64,000 nucleotides of DNA from a virus, in the IMG/VR virus record IMGVR_UViG_3300035204_001665, positions 1-64,000 of that record; one strand, given 5' to 3'. The translations under genes were made by a program, and so were the position numbers. Positions 18,689 through 29,341 of the stretch are shown here, one piece after another. Each line of letters opens with the position of its first letter. Positions within the stretch are counted from its first letter, which is position 1. Below the pieces are notes generated by a model, which saw nothing but the letters and a program-made list of their open reading frames with translations, was not told where the DNA came from and made no database searches.

Positions 18689-19763
18689 TACCACCAGTAA
18701 CTAAGAATCCAGTGGGAGAAGACGTCCGCATTCCATTCGTGATCAAATGCACTGGGGCCTTGTATCCAGAAAACGTCTCGCTGGGTACATAAAAATTTAC
18801 TTCTGTTGAATTAAATTCTGATATTTCGCATGGGAATTGACCTAACATTACTTTTTCTACGCCTACGAAATTATTTCCTTCCAATTTCACCAAGTCACCC
18901 GTGTCTCCAGAATCTGGAATCATATCCGTAATCTCTGCTTCTTCTCCAGCAAACACGCCCATGTTAGCTTGTCCCATTTTAATTTCGGTAGATATAATAC
19001 CCCCTTCTCCCTCGGATACCGAGATACTTTTGTCTCCTATTTGCGCGTTAAGAATAAAAGACTGCTTTAAATTTCCATTTTTATCATTTAAATTAATTTT
19101 ATAGTTTTCTCTAATCCCCGTGGCCAACAAGCTTAGGTCATAGTTATATATTACGGCAGAAGCTTCTATTCTTTCTGGACCAAACACCATATCTGCAGGT
19201 GTCTTTTTGTCAACATTGTACGCTGGCTCAAAGCTGGAATTGTAAGTATAATTAAATGACCCTAACTGGCCGGATTTAATATAAATCCCCTCGTCTATTG
19301 TGATATCTGAGGCATTCAATGGCTGTATATCATCGGGCAAATCGCTTGTTCCATATGAAATCTCCCCCAGTATGGGTTCATAAAAACTAAAACTTGCCTG
19401 CGCGACTAATGAATCATAAGAATTAGTATCTACCTGATAGGAAGAAAGGTAACCGGATTTTACATGAAACCCACCAAAATATAACTCATGTGGGTTTTTT
19501 CTATTCCTAAAGTCTGCCAGAGGATCAACTCCAGTTAAAAGATACTCGATAGACAAGGTGCCCTCGGGGTAATTCTCCCCAGCTAAATTGAAAGAGTGCT
19601 GAGAATCAGTGTTAAATGCTGGATTAAAAGAGGCCTGAGTATCCAGACTTGCATCTGTGCAGTATACCCCTGAGTTATTTATCTTAACGTCGAGATCCCT
19701 ATATGAGATGGGAGGACGGCTCCCGAACCCCAATGCCTGCATTAAATATTGAAATGTACCCAT
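18678..19763 (-). CDS. Tail-tube-like structural protein with C-terminal IPT/TIG Ig domain
   Basis: Beta-rich N-terminal part with an internal repeat (ASFNPAFN / SSFEPAYN). C-terminal ITDMIPDSG.TGD.V.L.G.NF.GV..V..G IPT pattern. Confidence 0.55.
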   Translation of the reverse strand: MGTFQYLMQALGFGSRPPISYRDLDVKINNSGVYCTDASLDTQASFNPAFNTDSQHSFNLAGENYPEGTLSIEYLLTGVDPLADFRNRKNPHELYFGGFHVKSGYLSSYQVDTNSYDSLVAQASFSFYEPILGEISYGTSDLPDDIQPLNASDITIDEGIYIKSGQLGSFNYTYNSSFEPAYNVDKKTPADMVFGPERIEASAVIYNYDLSLLATGIRENYKINLNDKNGNLKQSFILNAQIGDKSISVSEGEGGIISTEIKMGQANMGVFAGEEAEITDMIPDSGDTGDLVKLEGNNFVGVEKVMLGQFPCEISEFNSTEVNFYVPSETFSGYKAPVHLITNGMRTSSPTGFLVTGGITF

Positions 19764-19798
19764 CTATCTAGCTACCTTTTTTTAATTTACATTAGTAA

Positions 19799-19817
19799 TT
19801 ACACTATTATAGTGTAA
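19799..19817. promoter_or_regulatory. Palindromic back-to-back late-promoter-like motif
   Basis: TTACACTAT-T-ATAGTGTAA is a perfect 9-bp inverted repeat that places AGTGTAA on both strands between two divergent tail genes. Confidence 0.6.
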
Positions 19818-19841
19818 ATAAGATGCAAGGGTACAAGGAAT

Positions 19842-20372
19842 ATGGCTTCAATATATAATATAGCTGGCTGGGTAGATACTAGTAAAAAATACTATGTAAA
19901 TGATATCGTCTCTGTGGGTGATAGATTTTGGTACTGCATTAAAGATCACACTAGCTCTGCCGTAAACACTCCAGAGATAGGATCAATATATTGGGACGGC
20001 AGCGTCAATATTACCATTGCAGGTGCCTCCAAAACTTGGCCCCTGTTTATCTGGAGTCCCTCCTACAATCTAGGGATAGCTCATGAACCCAGAGTTCTAA
20101 CTATTCAGTTTGGGGATGGCTACGAACAAAGGCTAACTGACGGAATAAATAATGATAAGCTAAGCTTTACGCTGAACTTCGATAAAAGAAACAAACAAGA
20201 AGCCACGGCCATAATCCACTTCCTTGCATCTAAGTCTGGAAGAGACCCGTTCTTCTTTAAAGCTCCAGAACCATATGGAGTGATGAAAAAATTTATATGT
20301 ACACAATGGAGTTCCACGCTACAATTTGATGATAATTATACAGTTTCTGCGACGTTCAGCGAAAGGTCATAA
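19842..20372 (+). CDS. Lambda gpM-like minor tail protein with N-terminal CBM5/12-like module
   Basis: P.V.TIQFGDGYEQR..DGIN, FL....G..PF.F..P. N-terminal W.....Y.V.D.V......W.C...H.S.....P.....YW. Confidence 0.8.
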   Translation: MASIYNIAGWVDTSKKYYVNDIVSVGDRFWYCIKDHTSSAVNTPEIGSIYWDGSVNITIAGASKTWPLFIWSPSYNLGIAHEPRVLTIQFGDGYEQRLTDGINNDKLSFTLNFDKRNKQEATAIIHFLASKSGRDPFFFKAPEPYGVMKKFICTQWSSTLQFDDNYTVSATFSERS

Positions 20373-20374
20373 AG

Positions 20375-21550
20375 ATGCCAGATAAGATCAAGCCAGATAC
20401 AGCAAAGACTACGGTGCAGGAAATTTCCAAAGAGGTTCATGCCCTAGAGGCAGATGCAATTATTTCCCTATATGAAATTGACATTTCAGAAATCAAAAAA
20501 AATCTTATACTAGGAAGCACACTAGTACTCCAAGATAAGCTCCGCTTCCATAACATGGAAGTGTTAAATAGAGAAAAAATTTATTTCAAAAATGAAGCCT
20601 ATCACGCTCTCCCTATACTTACCGAAGGATTTGAAATCAGTTCCAGCAGTGATCTACCAAGACCAACAATTACATTCGTCCCGATGAAGGGGATAGATGA
20701 CAAAGGGGCAGACTACAACTTTACTTCGCTTAAGCAAGCGATCATATCCCTAGATAACATGGCCGGAGCCAAAGTCACCAGATGCAGAACATTTTTAAAA
20801 TATCTAGACGCGAGTAACAATATCCCCGGAGCAGGGCAACATACAGGAACCAATCCAGAATTCCCTAGGGAAATTTATTATATAAATAGAAAAATTTCAG
20901 AGAGTAAAAGCTCTATCCAATTAGAACTCTCCTCGGTTTTAGACTTAGAAAATTTTAAAATTCCCAGCAGGCTTTGCCTTTCTAACCGTTGCCCATTTTC
21001 CTACAGGGGAGAGGGCTGTGCATACGAATACAGCGCAAGCGATCCGCCGCCTAATAATAGTTGTGAGAATTGTCCTTCAGATATATCGAAACAAAAAGAA
21101 AGATTTGGAAATACAGCGATACTCCCCCAATTCGCTCCGCCCATAGCGGGAGACGACGACGTTCAGATAACGGGATTCGGAGAGCCAGACGGGGCCTCAT
21201 GGGTCGGCTACGCGATAGGAGAGGCACACACTAGGATATCTGGAGAATATCAAGGAAACATAAATTATCCTACGGGAGCAATAGTTTTTGTAGAAAAGAA
21301 TGATATCAGATATTACTATATGTCCAAAGGTAATTCTGCAGCGAGTTATGGGCCAATAAAAAATATACCCCCGCCTAACTCAGCCTATTGGTATGCAGAC
21401 AGATGTTCTAAAAGTATAGCTGGGTGCAAATATCGATGGGGTAAGACCGGCGCGGCAAAGTACCTAGAAAATAACGAATATAAACAAGCCAACAACTTCT
21501 TAATGTTTGGAGGCTTCCCCGGAACCAATAGCAAAACGAGCATACAATAA
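20375..21550 (+). CDS. Lambda gpL-like minor tail protein
   Basis: LYEID, P...EGF......PRPT, GAKVTR.RTF.KYLD, CPFSYRGEGC...DRCSK...GC..R and FGGFPG. Confidence 0.9.
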   Translation: MPDKIKPDTAKTTVQEISKEVHALEADAIISLYEIDISEIKKNLILGSTLVLQDKLRFHNMEVLNREKIYFKNEAYHALPILTEGFEISSSSDLPRPTITFVPMKGIDDKGADYNFTSLKQAIISLDNMAGAKVTRCRTFLKYLDASNNIPGAGQHTGTNPEFPREIYYINRKISESKSSIQLELSSVLDLENFKIPSRLCLSNRCPFSYRGEGCAYEYSASDPPPNNSCENCPSDISKQKERFGNTAILPQFAPPIAGDDDVQITGFGEPDGASWVGYAIGEAHTRISGEYQGNINYPTGAIVFVEKNDIRYYYMSKGNSAASYGPIKNIPPPNSAYWYADRCSKSIAGCKYRWGKTGAAKYLENNEYKQANNFLMFGGFPGTNSKTSIQ

Positions 21551-21888
21551 TGGACCTACTGACAACAAAAGTAAAATCTAAAATTAAAGAACATTCCCTG
21601 TCTGAATTTCCAGATGAATGCTGCGGCCTAATAGTCTTAGATCAAGATAACTCTATCGATTCGATGAAGTGTAAAAATATAGCAAATAACAAAAGTTCCT
21701 TTTTTGAGATTGACCCGCTAGATTACCTAAAAGTATCTGAAAAGGGAGACATAAAGGCATACTATCACTCGCATACATCAGACAATCATTCTTTTTCTGG
21801 AGCAGACAAAGCGATAAGTCAAAGTAGTAATCTTCCGTTAATTATGTACTCGGTAAAAATAAATAAATTTTCAGAATATCATGGATAA
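21550..21888 (+). CDS. Lambda gpK-like JAB/MPN domain protein (no NlpC/P60 domain)
   Basis: PDECCGLI, C.N.A, F.IDP.DY and YHSH......S..D. Confidence 0.85.
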   Translation: MDLLTTKVKSKIKEHSLSEFPDECCGLIVLDQDNSIDSMKCKNIANNKSSFFEIDPLDYLKVSEKGDIKAYYHSHTSDNHSFSGADKAISQSSNLPLIMYSVKINKFSEYHG

Positions 21889-22516
21889 GAAACTAACAAA
21901 AATAGTATTACATGGTACCCTAGGAAAGGCAGCGGGAAGAGGGGAGTGGGACCTACAAATAGATAGCGCAAACGAAGCACTGCACGCAATAAATGTCCAA
22001 ACACATGATTCACTTAGAAGATATTTTTTAAATACCAAAAACGCTTACGGCAGATATAAAGTCCTAGTTAACGAAAAAGAAATTTCTCCGGGGTCAAAAT
22101 TTTCAGAGTTAAATGAAATGGCGATCATCAGGGGAGACTTTAAAAGACTAGATATTATACCGGTTCTCGAAGGATCAGATTGGCTAGACATGGTTGGCAC
22201 ATTCGGCGGATTCTGGATATTCGCTGGAGCTGAGAACCCTTACACAGCGATGATTGGACTTATGCTTATGAGTCTCGGCGCTTCGAATCTGCTGGCGCAG
22301 CCTCCTGCTATGCCGGATACTAGGCAGATGCTCAATCCTAGTTCAGACCCCCAAGCATTAGCAAACTCTTATCTTTTTGGCGGGCCGGTTAACGTAATTA
22401 ACGAGGGCGGACCAGTTCCAGTGGGATATGGAAGATTAATTGTCGGCAGTCAAGTAGTCATGTCTTCGTATGATGTGGCATACGCCAAGGTAGACGACGC
22501 AGGAAAGGTAGCGTAA
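21881..22516 (+). CDS. Lambda gpI-like tail assembly protein
   Basis: LHG.LG...G, IIPVLEGS and SYLFGGPVN...EG.PVPVGYGRLIVGS.V.S. Confidence 0.9.
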   Translation: MDKKLTKIVLHGTLGKAAGRGEWDLQIDSANEALHAINVQTHDSLRRYFLNTKNAYGRYKVLVNEKEISPGSKFSELNEMAIIRGDFKRLDIIPVLEGSDWLDMVGTFGGFWIFAGAENPYTAMIGLMLMSLGASNLLAQPPAMPDTRQMLNPSSDPQALANSYLFGGPVNVINEGGPVPVGYGRLIVGSQVVMSSYDVAYAKVDDAGKVA

Positions 22517-22521
22517 ATAAA

Positions 22522-25500
22522 ATGTCAATACAAAATGATAATTCATTTATAAAAGGCAGGACGGTTACGAACACGTCCACCGACCCTTCTTTAGCTGGCA
22601 CGAACGATCAGGTTTATGGTGTAGATACTGCAGCACAAAACGCAGAAGCATATTCTGATTACGACGGCTATCAAGATATCGTCTTTTCTAATAGAACTGG
22701 AGAGGGGGTCTTTTCTGGTTACGCTACAGACGGAACAGAAACATGGGTTACCTCCAGAGGAATAATAAAGACCTTAGATTTAATTTCTGAAGGGGAGATT
22801 GATGGAATAGTTAGTGGCGAATGGGTTCCCGGAGGCGACAATTCCGAAGGCCAAGTGGGCTGGAGCGAAGTTAATTTTCAAGCTCACGGAGATTGGCCAG
22901 AGGCTATACTTAGATCAGTTTTTCTTAATGACACGCCAGTAGTAAACGCAAACAGTCAATACAATTTTCAAAGAGCAGTAGTTTCCTTCTCTAATGGCAG
23001 AGCAGAAGGAGTAAGAGAAGGCGATAATTTTTTAAAGGTAGGATCAGATCAGGGGTTAGAAAAGACTAGAACGATTAATGAAAGGTTGAGGGGTCCAGAT
23101 GTCAATGATCCAGAAGGAGACGGAACCGATGTCACTGGGGGAACGATCGATAATCCATTCTTTTATCACCCCAAGGTCTACAGTATTCTTAATCCTCAAT
23201 TGGAAAAGGTAAGAATCAACTTAAAAGTAGGCTCACTGACTTATCAAAAAACCATGGACGACTTCGAAGAAGGTACAGAGGTCGATCAAGCTATACTGGA
23301 CGATATGGCAAATTTAAGAGGAAGTAAAATTAGTTTTCGATATAGATATAGGCCCATATATGTTGATGACGCTGGGTTTATGGACTTAAATACCGCTAGA
23401 GATTGGTACCCAGAAGACGGAGCGATTGAAAACGGAGTAGAGGGACTCATTAGGAGCGCATACTTAGCGAAGCAAGAGATAACGGTAGACGACAGTTTAA
23501 AAACGGATCAACTCGCGGGGTGGGAATTTGAAATAACCAGAGTCACGTTGGATTCCATAGAAAGTAATGTAAATAACGAGACCTACATAGATTCTATTAC
23601 TGAGGTTTTCGAAGATACGTTCTCCTATCCTACCTCAGCCATGGCGGCCATGAAGTTTAACGCTGAATACTTTTCCCAAGTTCCAACTCGAGCCTATGAC
23701 GTTAGACTGCTTAAAGTTAAGGTACCTGCGGGTAATGGAGGATATGAGCCACTGACAAGAACATATAACGAACAACCTTGGGGCGGAACGTTTTCGGAAG
23801 AAAAAAAATGGACCGATAACCCAGCTTGGATCTTTTATGATATACTCACCAACGATAGATATGGAGTAGGCAAGCACATCGACAAGAGCCTCGTAGATAA
23901 GTGGTCTCTCTATGAAATAGCTAAATATTGTGACGTATTGGTCGACAATGGAGAAGGTGGATTGGAGCCCAGATTTACAGCAAACGTATTAATTAACACG
24001 AGAGAAGACGCGTATAAAGTCTTAAAAGATTTTGCTAGTGTTTTCAGGTCAATACTTTACTATGGCCTAGGCAGCATACACACCGTACAAGATAGGCCAA
24101 AACCAGAAATAGCCCACTATACTAACGCTAATGTAGAGGGCGGAGACTTTACATATAGTTCGACTAGTAGCAATATCAGGCCGACCGTATGCTTGGTCAG
24201 ATATAATGACAGAACGAACTTCTACAAACCGGCGATCGAATACGTAGAGGACACAGAGGGCATAAGAAAGCATGGAGTTATAGAAAAAGAGATTACTGCA
24301 TTCGCATGCACTAGCCGGTCACAAGCAGTAAGACTGGGAAGATGGATACTAACCACCGAATCAGCTCAAGCAGAAACAATTGGCTTTACGATTGGTCCGG
24401 AAGGTATGCTCTTGCGCCCGGGAGATATTATTAGAGTCGTAGACGAAAATAGAGACGCCGATAGATACGGCGGTAGAGTTATTAACTACGATTATTACGA
24501 TGACGAAAAGCACGTTAAGGCCATAACTCTAGACAGGGTGCCCACAATAAAGGAAGAGACAGAATATACCTTATTCTTAAATACCCCATCATACTTTTAC
24601 GACACATCTTTGGTAGCGGGGGCAGATGAGGTTGATGGCGGATTAGATAGTTCAGACGTGAAGGACATAAGAAAGCCCCACATACAGTCTTTTGTTTTTA
24701 ATGAGTCATCATCTAATATCACCATAGATAACACTATCAATATCGGCCCAGAAGGTATTGGTAATAGCAAGGGGGATATTTTCGGCACAAAAATCGCTCA
24801 CGCTGGAGACGTTTCGCAAGGAGAATGGATGTTCGAAAGCTCGTTAAATTCGGGCACGATCGTAGATAACGCTACTTGGACACTGGTAGACAATGCGTAC
24901 GCGAGTAACCAATATACTGTCATATCCACAAAGGAAGAAGAAAAGTTCAAATATTCTGTACAGGCCCTAGTGCACGAGCCACGAAAATATGACTATATAG
25001 AGAAGGGGTTAGTATATTCTCCCCCGACGGGGCCTGACAATCCAACGGCGGCTCCACCGGGTCCGGACGGGGTCTCACTAATTGTCGGTAACTATAATCT
25101 CAGCACAAGTAATACGAAGAAAATCAACATCACGGTAGATAAACCCGATGATGATACCATAGGAACGACCGTAGGGTACAGAATTTATGTTAAAGAAGGG
25201 TCTCAATTTGATTCTGACGATACCGTATCTCCCGGATCATCCATTCCAAAGAAAGAGTTCTTAATGAGAACCCTTTTCTTAACGGACCCAACAGATAATA
25301 ACGATAACCCTATTACCTACTATATCCCACCGAGAAATAATAAAACCTATTATTTTAGAGTATTTGCAGTTAATGCTGTTTCCGTTTTGTCGAGTGCGCA
25401 CAAAGACAATAATATTCAAGTAACAGACCACTATCCTATCAAAGATATTAAAGTTCATTCCCTGAGACTAGCTACGGACTCTCCGATTCTCAATGAGGAA

Positions 25501-27675
25501 AAAGACTCCGCCGAAAAACAATTCTATTCAAATTTAGAAGATAAAGACGCGGCAGTGAGTTGGGAGTCGACCTTCCTTAACGAAGTAGACATACCCATTA
25601 TTTTAAAGTATAAAATTACAATCAGAAAAGTTAGCCCGAATTCTAGTCCGGCAGATTTGATAACGTCTTTTGAAACTAATTCAAGCTACTTCAACTATAC
25701 CTTTGCCCTTAACGCAGCGACGACCGGAGGACCCAGAAGACACTTTGATTTAGTTGTAGAAGCTTTGGACGAAAACGGGCAGAGCTCGGCTGATAATTAT
25801 GCATCCAATGGAGAAGGGTGGGATATTATTGAGGTAAACAATCCGAGGCCATCGAATTACTGGTTGACTCCGAGAAAAGACGGTGGGAAAAGACCGGGCG
25901 ATCACGTATGCAAAACGGTTAATGGCGTGGCCGACGTATGTGAAACGATAACGACGGAACAGTTCATAACTGCAGATGGGCATATTAAACTCAACCTTAT
26001 AAATAATTCGTTTTCAGACCTAGCGGGAGGATTCTTATACTTGTCTAAGCATCCTTTTTCTGGGGCAGATTTTACCCCGGATGGCAGACCCAAGGACATA
26101 GCCAATAGGCCTAATATAGAATTTGCAGCGCACGAAGTATCTAAAAAGCCAGATTTTAGAATTATTGAAATCCCCTTCGAACGAGGAGTAAACGACGCCC
26201 AACTTCCTTCACAAATTACCCTCAGTCCTCCAGCTGGGGAAGACGGATCTTCTTACGTCTTTAATTATTCCAACGCCTACTATATGGCTCTAAAACTATA
26301 TGATAGCTACGATAAAGAAATTAAAGATAAGAAACTCAATCCGTGCTACGACTCTAACGCGGACCGTATAACCGATTGTTGGGAAAGCGGTATGCACATA
26401 GGATTTGCTAGGGATCACAGAGTTAACAAAACATCCGATTGCGACCCATGCGGAGAGTCTACCCTCTCTGGAATGTATAGATTTACCAGTCTATCATCAG
26501 GATGGTACGTCGGGGATCACGATCACCCGGATGGTTTTTCGACGATATCTCCCTCACCATCAACGGGAACTTTTGCTTGCCCAGTTTATCCCACTCAATA
26601 TTACAGTGCGAGTGCAGAAAATGGCTTTAAATATTGGTTAAGAATGAACGTAAATGGTCAATGGGAAGGTAACGGAATATCCCATGTTCGAGTCCTTACT
26701 CATCAAGACGTTGAAGAACTATATGATTACCAAGGTTACTACGAATATACATGTAGGATGTCAGAGAAAGTCACGACAAGTTATTATGTTTACCCTAATG
26801 ACATGGATTCGATAAGTAGATGTAGATTTAGACAAGGGAAACGCTCATCTTCGGGGGGAATTTATGATGTAGATAGATCTACGATTTTCGCTGGACCAAT
26901 CCCTGCGTTAGGAGCACCGAGTGGTCCGTTTACGTGGACCACTGGGGCGACTAGGCCACCCGCTGGTAGCGATCCAGCAGGTGGAACTTGGGTCCCGTTG
27001 CCTAGGGCAGGAATACCTTACGGCGGATGGGGAAGGCAGTACGATGGCCCAGCAGATAATGATACCCTAGCAAGTCCAGACGTAGACAAAATAGATTCTC
27101 ATAACTGGAGGGGTCAAAAAATTGAAGGTAAAAGCAGGCCGCTTTACGGTTTCAGAAGATTTAGAGTATACTTCGATCCGAATAATTTACCCCCAGAACA
27201 GGAAAAGTCGCAGTTATCTTCTTACGCTATCGTAGGACTTAATTCTTGGAACGGTCCATATGAGGCCTATCCCGGCACTACAGATTATTCCAAGAGTCTA
27301 CTAACTGCGAAAAATGACCTTGGGACATTTCCATATAGTGTAAGACAATGGATGAAAGAGGGCGATGTATTTGAAAATATTCCCGGAGTTTGGGACCATC
27401 ACCCAGCGGGTTTCGGCGCTGGTTACGGAGGGCTCGTAAAAACAGACCGATATTTTGATGTGCACATGGGCAGGTTAATAGATGATAGTTATTTAAATGA
27501 AGGCTTTTTTGGGGTGGTCGCTACGAATGATTACTCTATACTAGATTCCACGGTAAGGACTCCAAGCGCATACGACCAAGAAACGAAATTACATGAGTCC
27601 ACATGGGACACAAACGCGTTCGTTACTTTACCATTTGCCGCCGGGGGAGACGGTACGAACCCATATAACGATTAA
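22522..27675 (+). CDS. Lambda gpJ-like tip attachment / central tail fibre protein
   Basis: DLISEGEIDG, WTDNPAWIFYD.LT..RYG, D.WSLY.IA.YCD, EPRF..N, AF.CTSR.QA.R.G.W and PGD.I. FN3-like repeats and a divergent C-terminus. Confidence 0.92.
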   Translation: MSIQNDNSFIKGRTVTNTSTDPSLAGTNDQVYGVDTAAQNAEAYSDYDGYQDIVFSNRTGEGVFSGYATDGTETWVTSRGIIKTLDLISEGEIDGIVSGEWVPGGDNSEGQVGWSEVNFQAHGDWPEAILRSVFLNDTPVVNANSQYNFQRAVVSFSNGRAEGVREGDNFLKVGSDQGLEKTRTINERLRGPDVNDPEGDGTDVTGGTIDNPFFYHPKVYSILNPQLEKVRINLKVGSLTYQKTMDDFEEGTEVDQAILDDMANLRGSKISFRYRYRPIYVDDAGFMDLNTARDWYPEDGAIENGVEGLIRSAYLAKQEITVDDSLKTDQLAGWEFEITRVTLDSIESNVNNETYIDSITEVFEDTFSYPTSAMAAMKFNAEYFSQVPTRAYDVRLLKVKVPAGNGGYEPLTRTYNEQPWGGTFSEEKKWTDNPAWIFYDILTNDRYGVGKHIDKSLVDKWSLYEIAKYCDVLVDNGEGGLEPRFTANVLINTREDAYKVLKDFASVFRSILYYGLGSIHTVQDRPKPEIAHYTNANVEGGDFTYSSTSSNIRPTVCLVRYNDRTNFYKPAIEYVEDTEGIRKHGVIEKEITAFACTSRSQAVRLGRWILTTESAQAETIGFTIGPEGMLLRPGDIIRVVDENRDADRYGGRVINYDYYDDEKHVKAITLDRVPTIKEETEYTLFLNTPSYFYDTSLVAGADEVDGGLDSSDVKDIRKPHIQSFVFNESSSNITIDNTINIGPEGIGNSKGDIFGTKIAHAGDVSQGEWMFESSLNSGTIVDNATWTLVDNAYASNQYTVISTKEEEKFKYSVQALVHEPRKYDYIEKGLVYSPPTGPDNPTAAPPGPDGVSLIVGNYNLSTSNTKKINITVDKPDDDTIGTTVGYRIYVKEGSQFDSDDTVSPGSSIPKKEFLMRTLFLTDPTDNNDNPITYYIPPRNNKTYYFRVFAVNAVSVLSSAHKDNNIQVTDHYPIKDIKVHSLRLATDSPILNEEKDSAEKQFYSNLEDKDAAVSWESTFLNEVDIPIILKYKITIRKVSPNSSPADLITSFETNSSYFNYTFALNAATTGGPRRHFDLVVEALDENGQSSADNYASNGEGWDIIEVNNPRPSNYWLTPRKDGGKRPGDHVCKTVNGVADVCETITTEQFITADGHIKLNLINNSFSDLAGGFLYLSKHPFSGADFTPDGRPKDIANRPNIEFAAHEVSKKPDFRIIEIPFERGVNDAQLPSQITLSPPAGEDGSSYVFNYSNAYYMALKLYDSYDKEIKDKKLNPCYDSNADRITDCWESGMHIGFARDHRVNKTSDCDPCGESTLSGMYRFTSLSSGWYVGDHDHPDGFSTISPSPSTGTFACPVYPTQYYSASAENGFKYWLRMNVNGQWEGNGISHVRVLTHQDVEELYDYQGYYEYTCRMSEKVTTSYYVYPNDMDSISRCRFRQGKRSSSGGIYDVDRSTIFAGPIPALGAPSGPFTWTTGATRPPAGSDPAGGTWVPLPRAGIPYGGWGRQYDGPADNDTLASPDVDKIDSHNWRGQKIEGKSRPLYGFRRFRVYFDPNNLPPEQEKSQLSSYAIVGLNSWNGPYEAYPGTTDYSKSLLTAKNDLGTFPYSVRQWMKEGDVFENIPGVWDHHPAGFGAGYGGLVKTDRYFDVHMGRLIDDSYLNEGFFGVVATNDYSILDSTVRTPSAYDQETKLHESTWDTNAFVTLPFAAGGDGTNPYND

Positions 27676-27676
27676 A

Positions 27677-28411
27677 ATGAAAACTGGAATTAATAGAATT
27701 TTAATGATCATATTAAAAAATGAGAAAAGATATGTCTACTCCGTTCCGTCAGACCGGTCGCCAGAGGTTATGATGAACGATGTTATCATGTCAGATAGGA
27801 TCGACAGAAATGAAATAAAATCAAATTACTTCTTTCCCAATACTTTATATTCTATTCATGATTATTTGTATTACTTTAATGAAGATACTAAAAAAGTTGA
27901 TGATGTACTCCTTGCTATAGATTTTAAAATAGAGGAAGTGAAAAAGCATAGACAATCATTTTTTTCTGTGTTAGACTTTGAATTTATGAAGTCCCTAGAG
28001 GAAGGGAGCAAGAGTTGGACAGAACATATAACTAAAATTAAGAACTACCTAAGAGATCTCCCTCCTGAAATAGAGCCTTACTGCAAAAATATGCCAGTGG
28101 ACCAAATAGTTAAATTTAATGGCTTTAATAACATTTTTGATATACATATAATAAATGGAGGCAGCGGATATACTAAACCACCGAAGGTTATCATTGAGGA
28201 TCCGAACGGATTAGATATGTCTGGGTTTAAACTCAAAGCAGTTGCCACCATTAAAGACGGAAAAGTGGTGGAAATAACGGTAACGCAAGTTGGTAGCGGG
28301 TATGACAGGGCTCCGTCGATTAATATATCTCCACCGGATGGAGAAGGTAGCGTAGCTGTAGCAGCAGCTGCTCTACCAGAAAACGATATTCACTCAATAA
28401 AACAAAAATAA
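27677..28411 (+). CDS. Tail-associated protein (fibre-assembly-like N-terminal part, GSGY..AP repeats)
   Basis: LRDLP motif and repeats IINGGSGYTKPPKV / VTQVGSGYDRAPSI. Directly follows gpJ. Confidence 0.55.
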   Translation: MKTGINRILMIILKNEKRYVYSVPSDRSPEVMMNDVIMSDRIDRNEIKSNYFFPNTLYSIHDYLYYFNEDTKKVDDVLLAIDFKIEEVKKHRQSFFSVLDFEFMKSLEEGSKSWTEHITKIKNYLRDLPPEIEPYCKNMPVDQIVKFNGFNNIFDIHIINGGSGYTKPPKVIIEDPNGLDMSGFKLKAVATIKDGKVVEITVTQVGSGYDRAPSINISPPDGEGSVAVAAAALPENDIHSIKQK

Positions 28412-28423
28412 AGGTATAAAGAT

Positions 28424-29314
28424 ATGGCAGTAATGATAAGAAAAAAATTCGGATATACAGTATCTGTTGTAAATGGTTCCAAAAGAATAACGGCTTGTTC
28501 CAAAGCTGACTGGATACCAATAAAAGATGGTAGCTTTATAATTATTGACGGAGATAATGAATACTATAGATTATCACATAAAAAACAATTCCTTTATGTA
28601 AAAGAGGCCCGAGTAGATTCCGCGAATAAATTAGTTATAGATGGGATAGCAGAAAGCGGATCTATATCTGCTAATGATTCGTTAGAGTTTACAGCAAACG
28701 AATATCAGATCACAAAAGTAGACGTGGCTGATGGTGGCACAGATTATGTCGTCGGAGATATTATCTCTTGCGCTGGACCCCTTAGTAAACTTAATTCAAG
28801 CGATGATACTCAAGAGCACGCAAGGGTAGAGGTAAAATCTATTACCGAAAATGGATCCATTGAGTCAATAGAGCTGATCTCGAACGGTACATATATTGCT
28901 GCTTCCGAAGAGGGTGACATTTTCAATATTAAAGATGGCTCTGGTTCAGGTGCGTCCCTTTCTTCTCGGTATACTCTGTCAGCTAATAAGCCAATAGAAG
29001 AGAGAAGCATTTCTGGAATAGAAAGGAAAGACAATAAAACCATAATCTACTTGTCTTATCCGTTACCGATAAGTATGATCTCTGGCAATGTCTCTGTAAA
29101 AAAATGGGAAGCCGTTTTGGATTCTCCGTATCTAGGAGTGACTAAGGCTGGCGCATCATACGAAATAATAAAAGACTTTACCCCTAATCTAGACCTGCCC
29201 CTCATAAAGGGAGAGCTAGCGTCTACTCCCTTGTTGTATAATGAGTCAATGGTACTAATTGATAAAAAAATCAAGGAATTAGAAGAGCAGATCGAGTCAC
29301 TTAAAGGAGAATAA
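28424..29314 (+). CDS. Putative virion structural protein
   Basis: VADGGTDYVVGD / ISNGTY / GSGSGA beta-motifs and a C-terminal coiled coil. Confidence 0.5.
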   Translation: MAVMIRKKFGYTVSVVNGSKRITACSKADWIPIKDGSFIIIDGDNEYYRLSHKKQFLYVKEARVDSANKLVIDGIAESGSISANDSLEFTANEYQITKVDVADGGTDYVVGDIISCAGPLSKLNSSDDTQEHARVEVKSITENGSIESIELISNGTYIAASEEGDIFNIKDGSGSGASLSSRYTLSANKPIEERSISGIERKDNKTIIYLSYPLPISMISGNVSVKKWEAVLDSPYLGVTKAGASYEIIKDFTPNLDLPLIKGELASTPLLYNESMVLIDKKIKELEEQIESLKGE

Positions 29315-29341
29315 ATCCACTTATCAAGTGTAATAAGTAGT

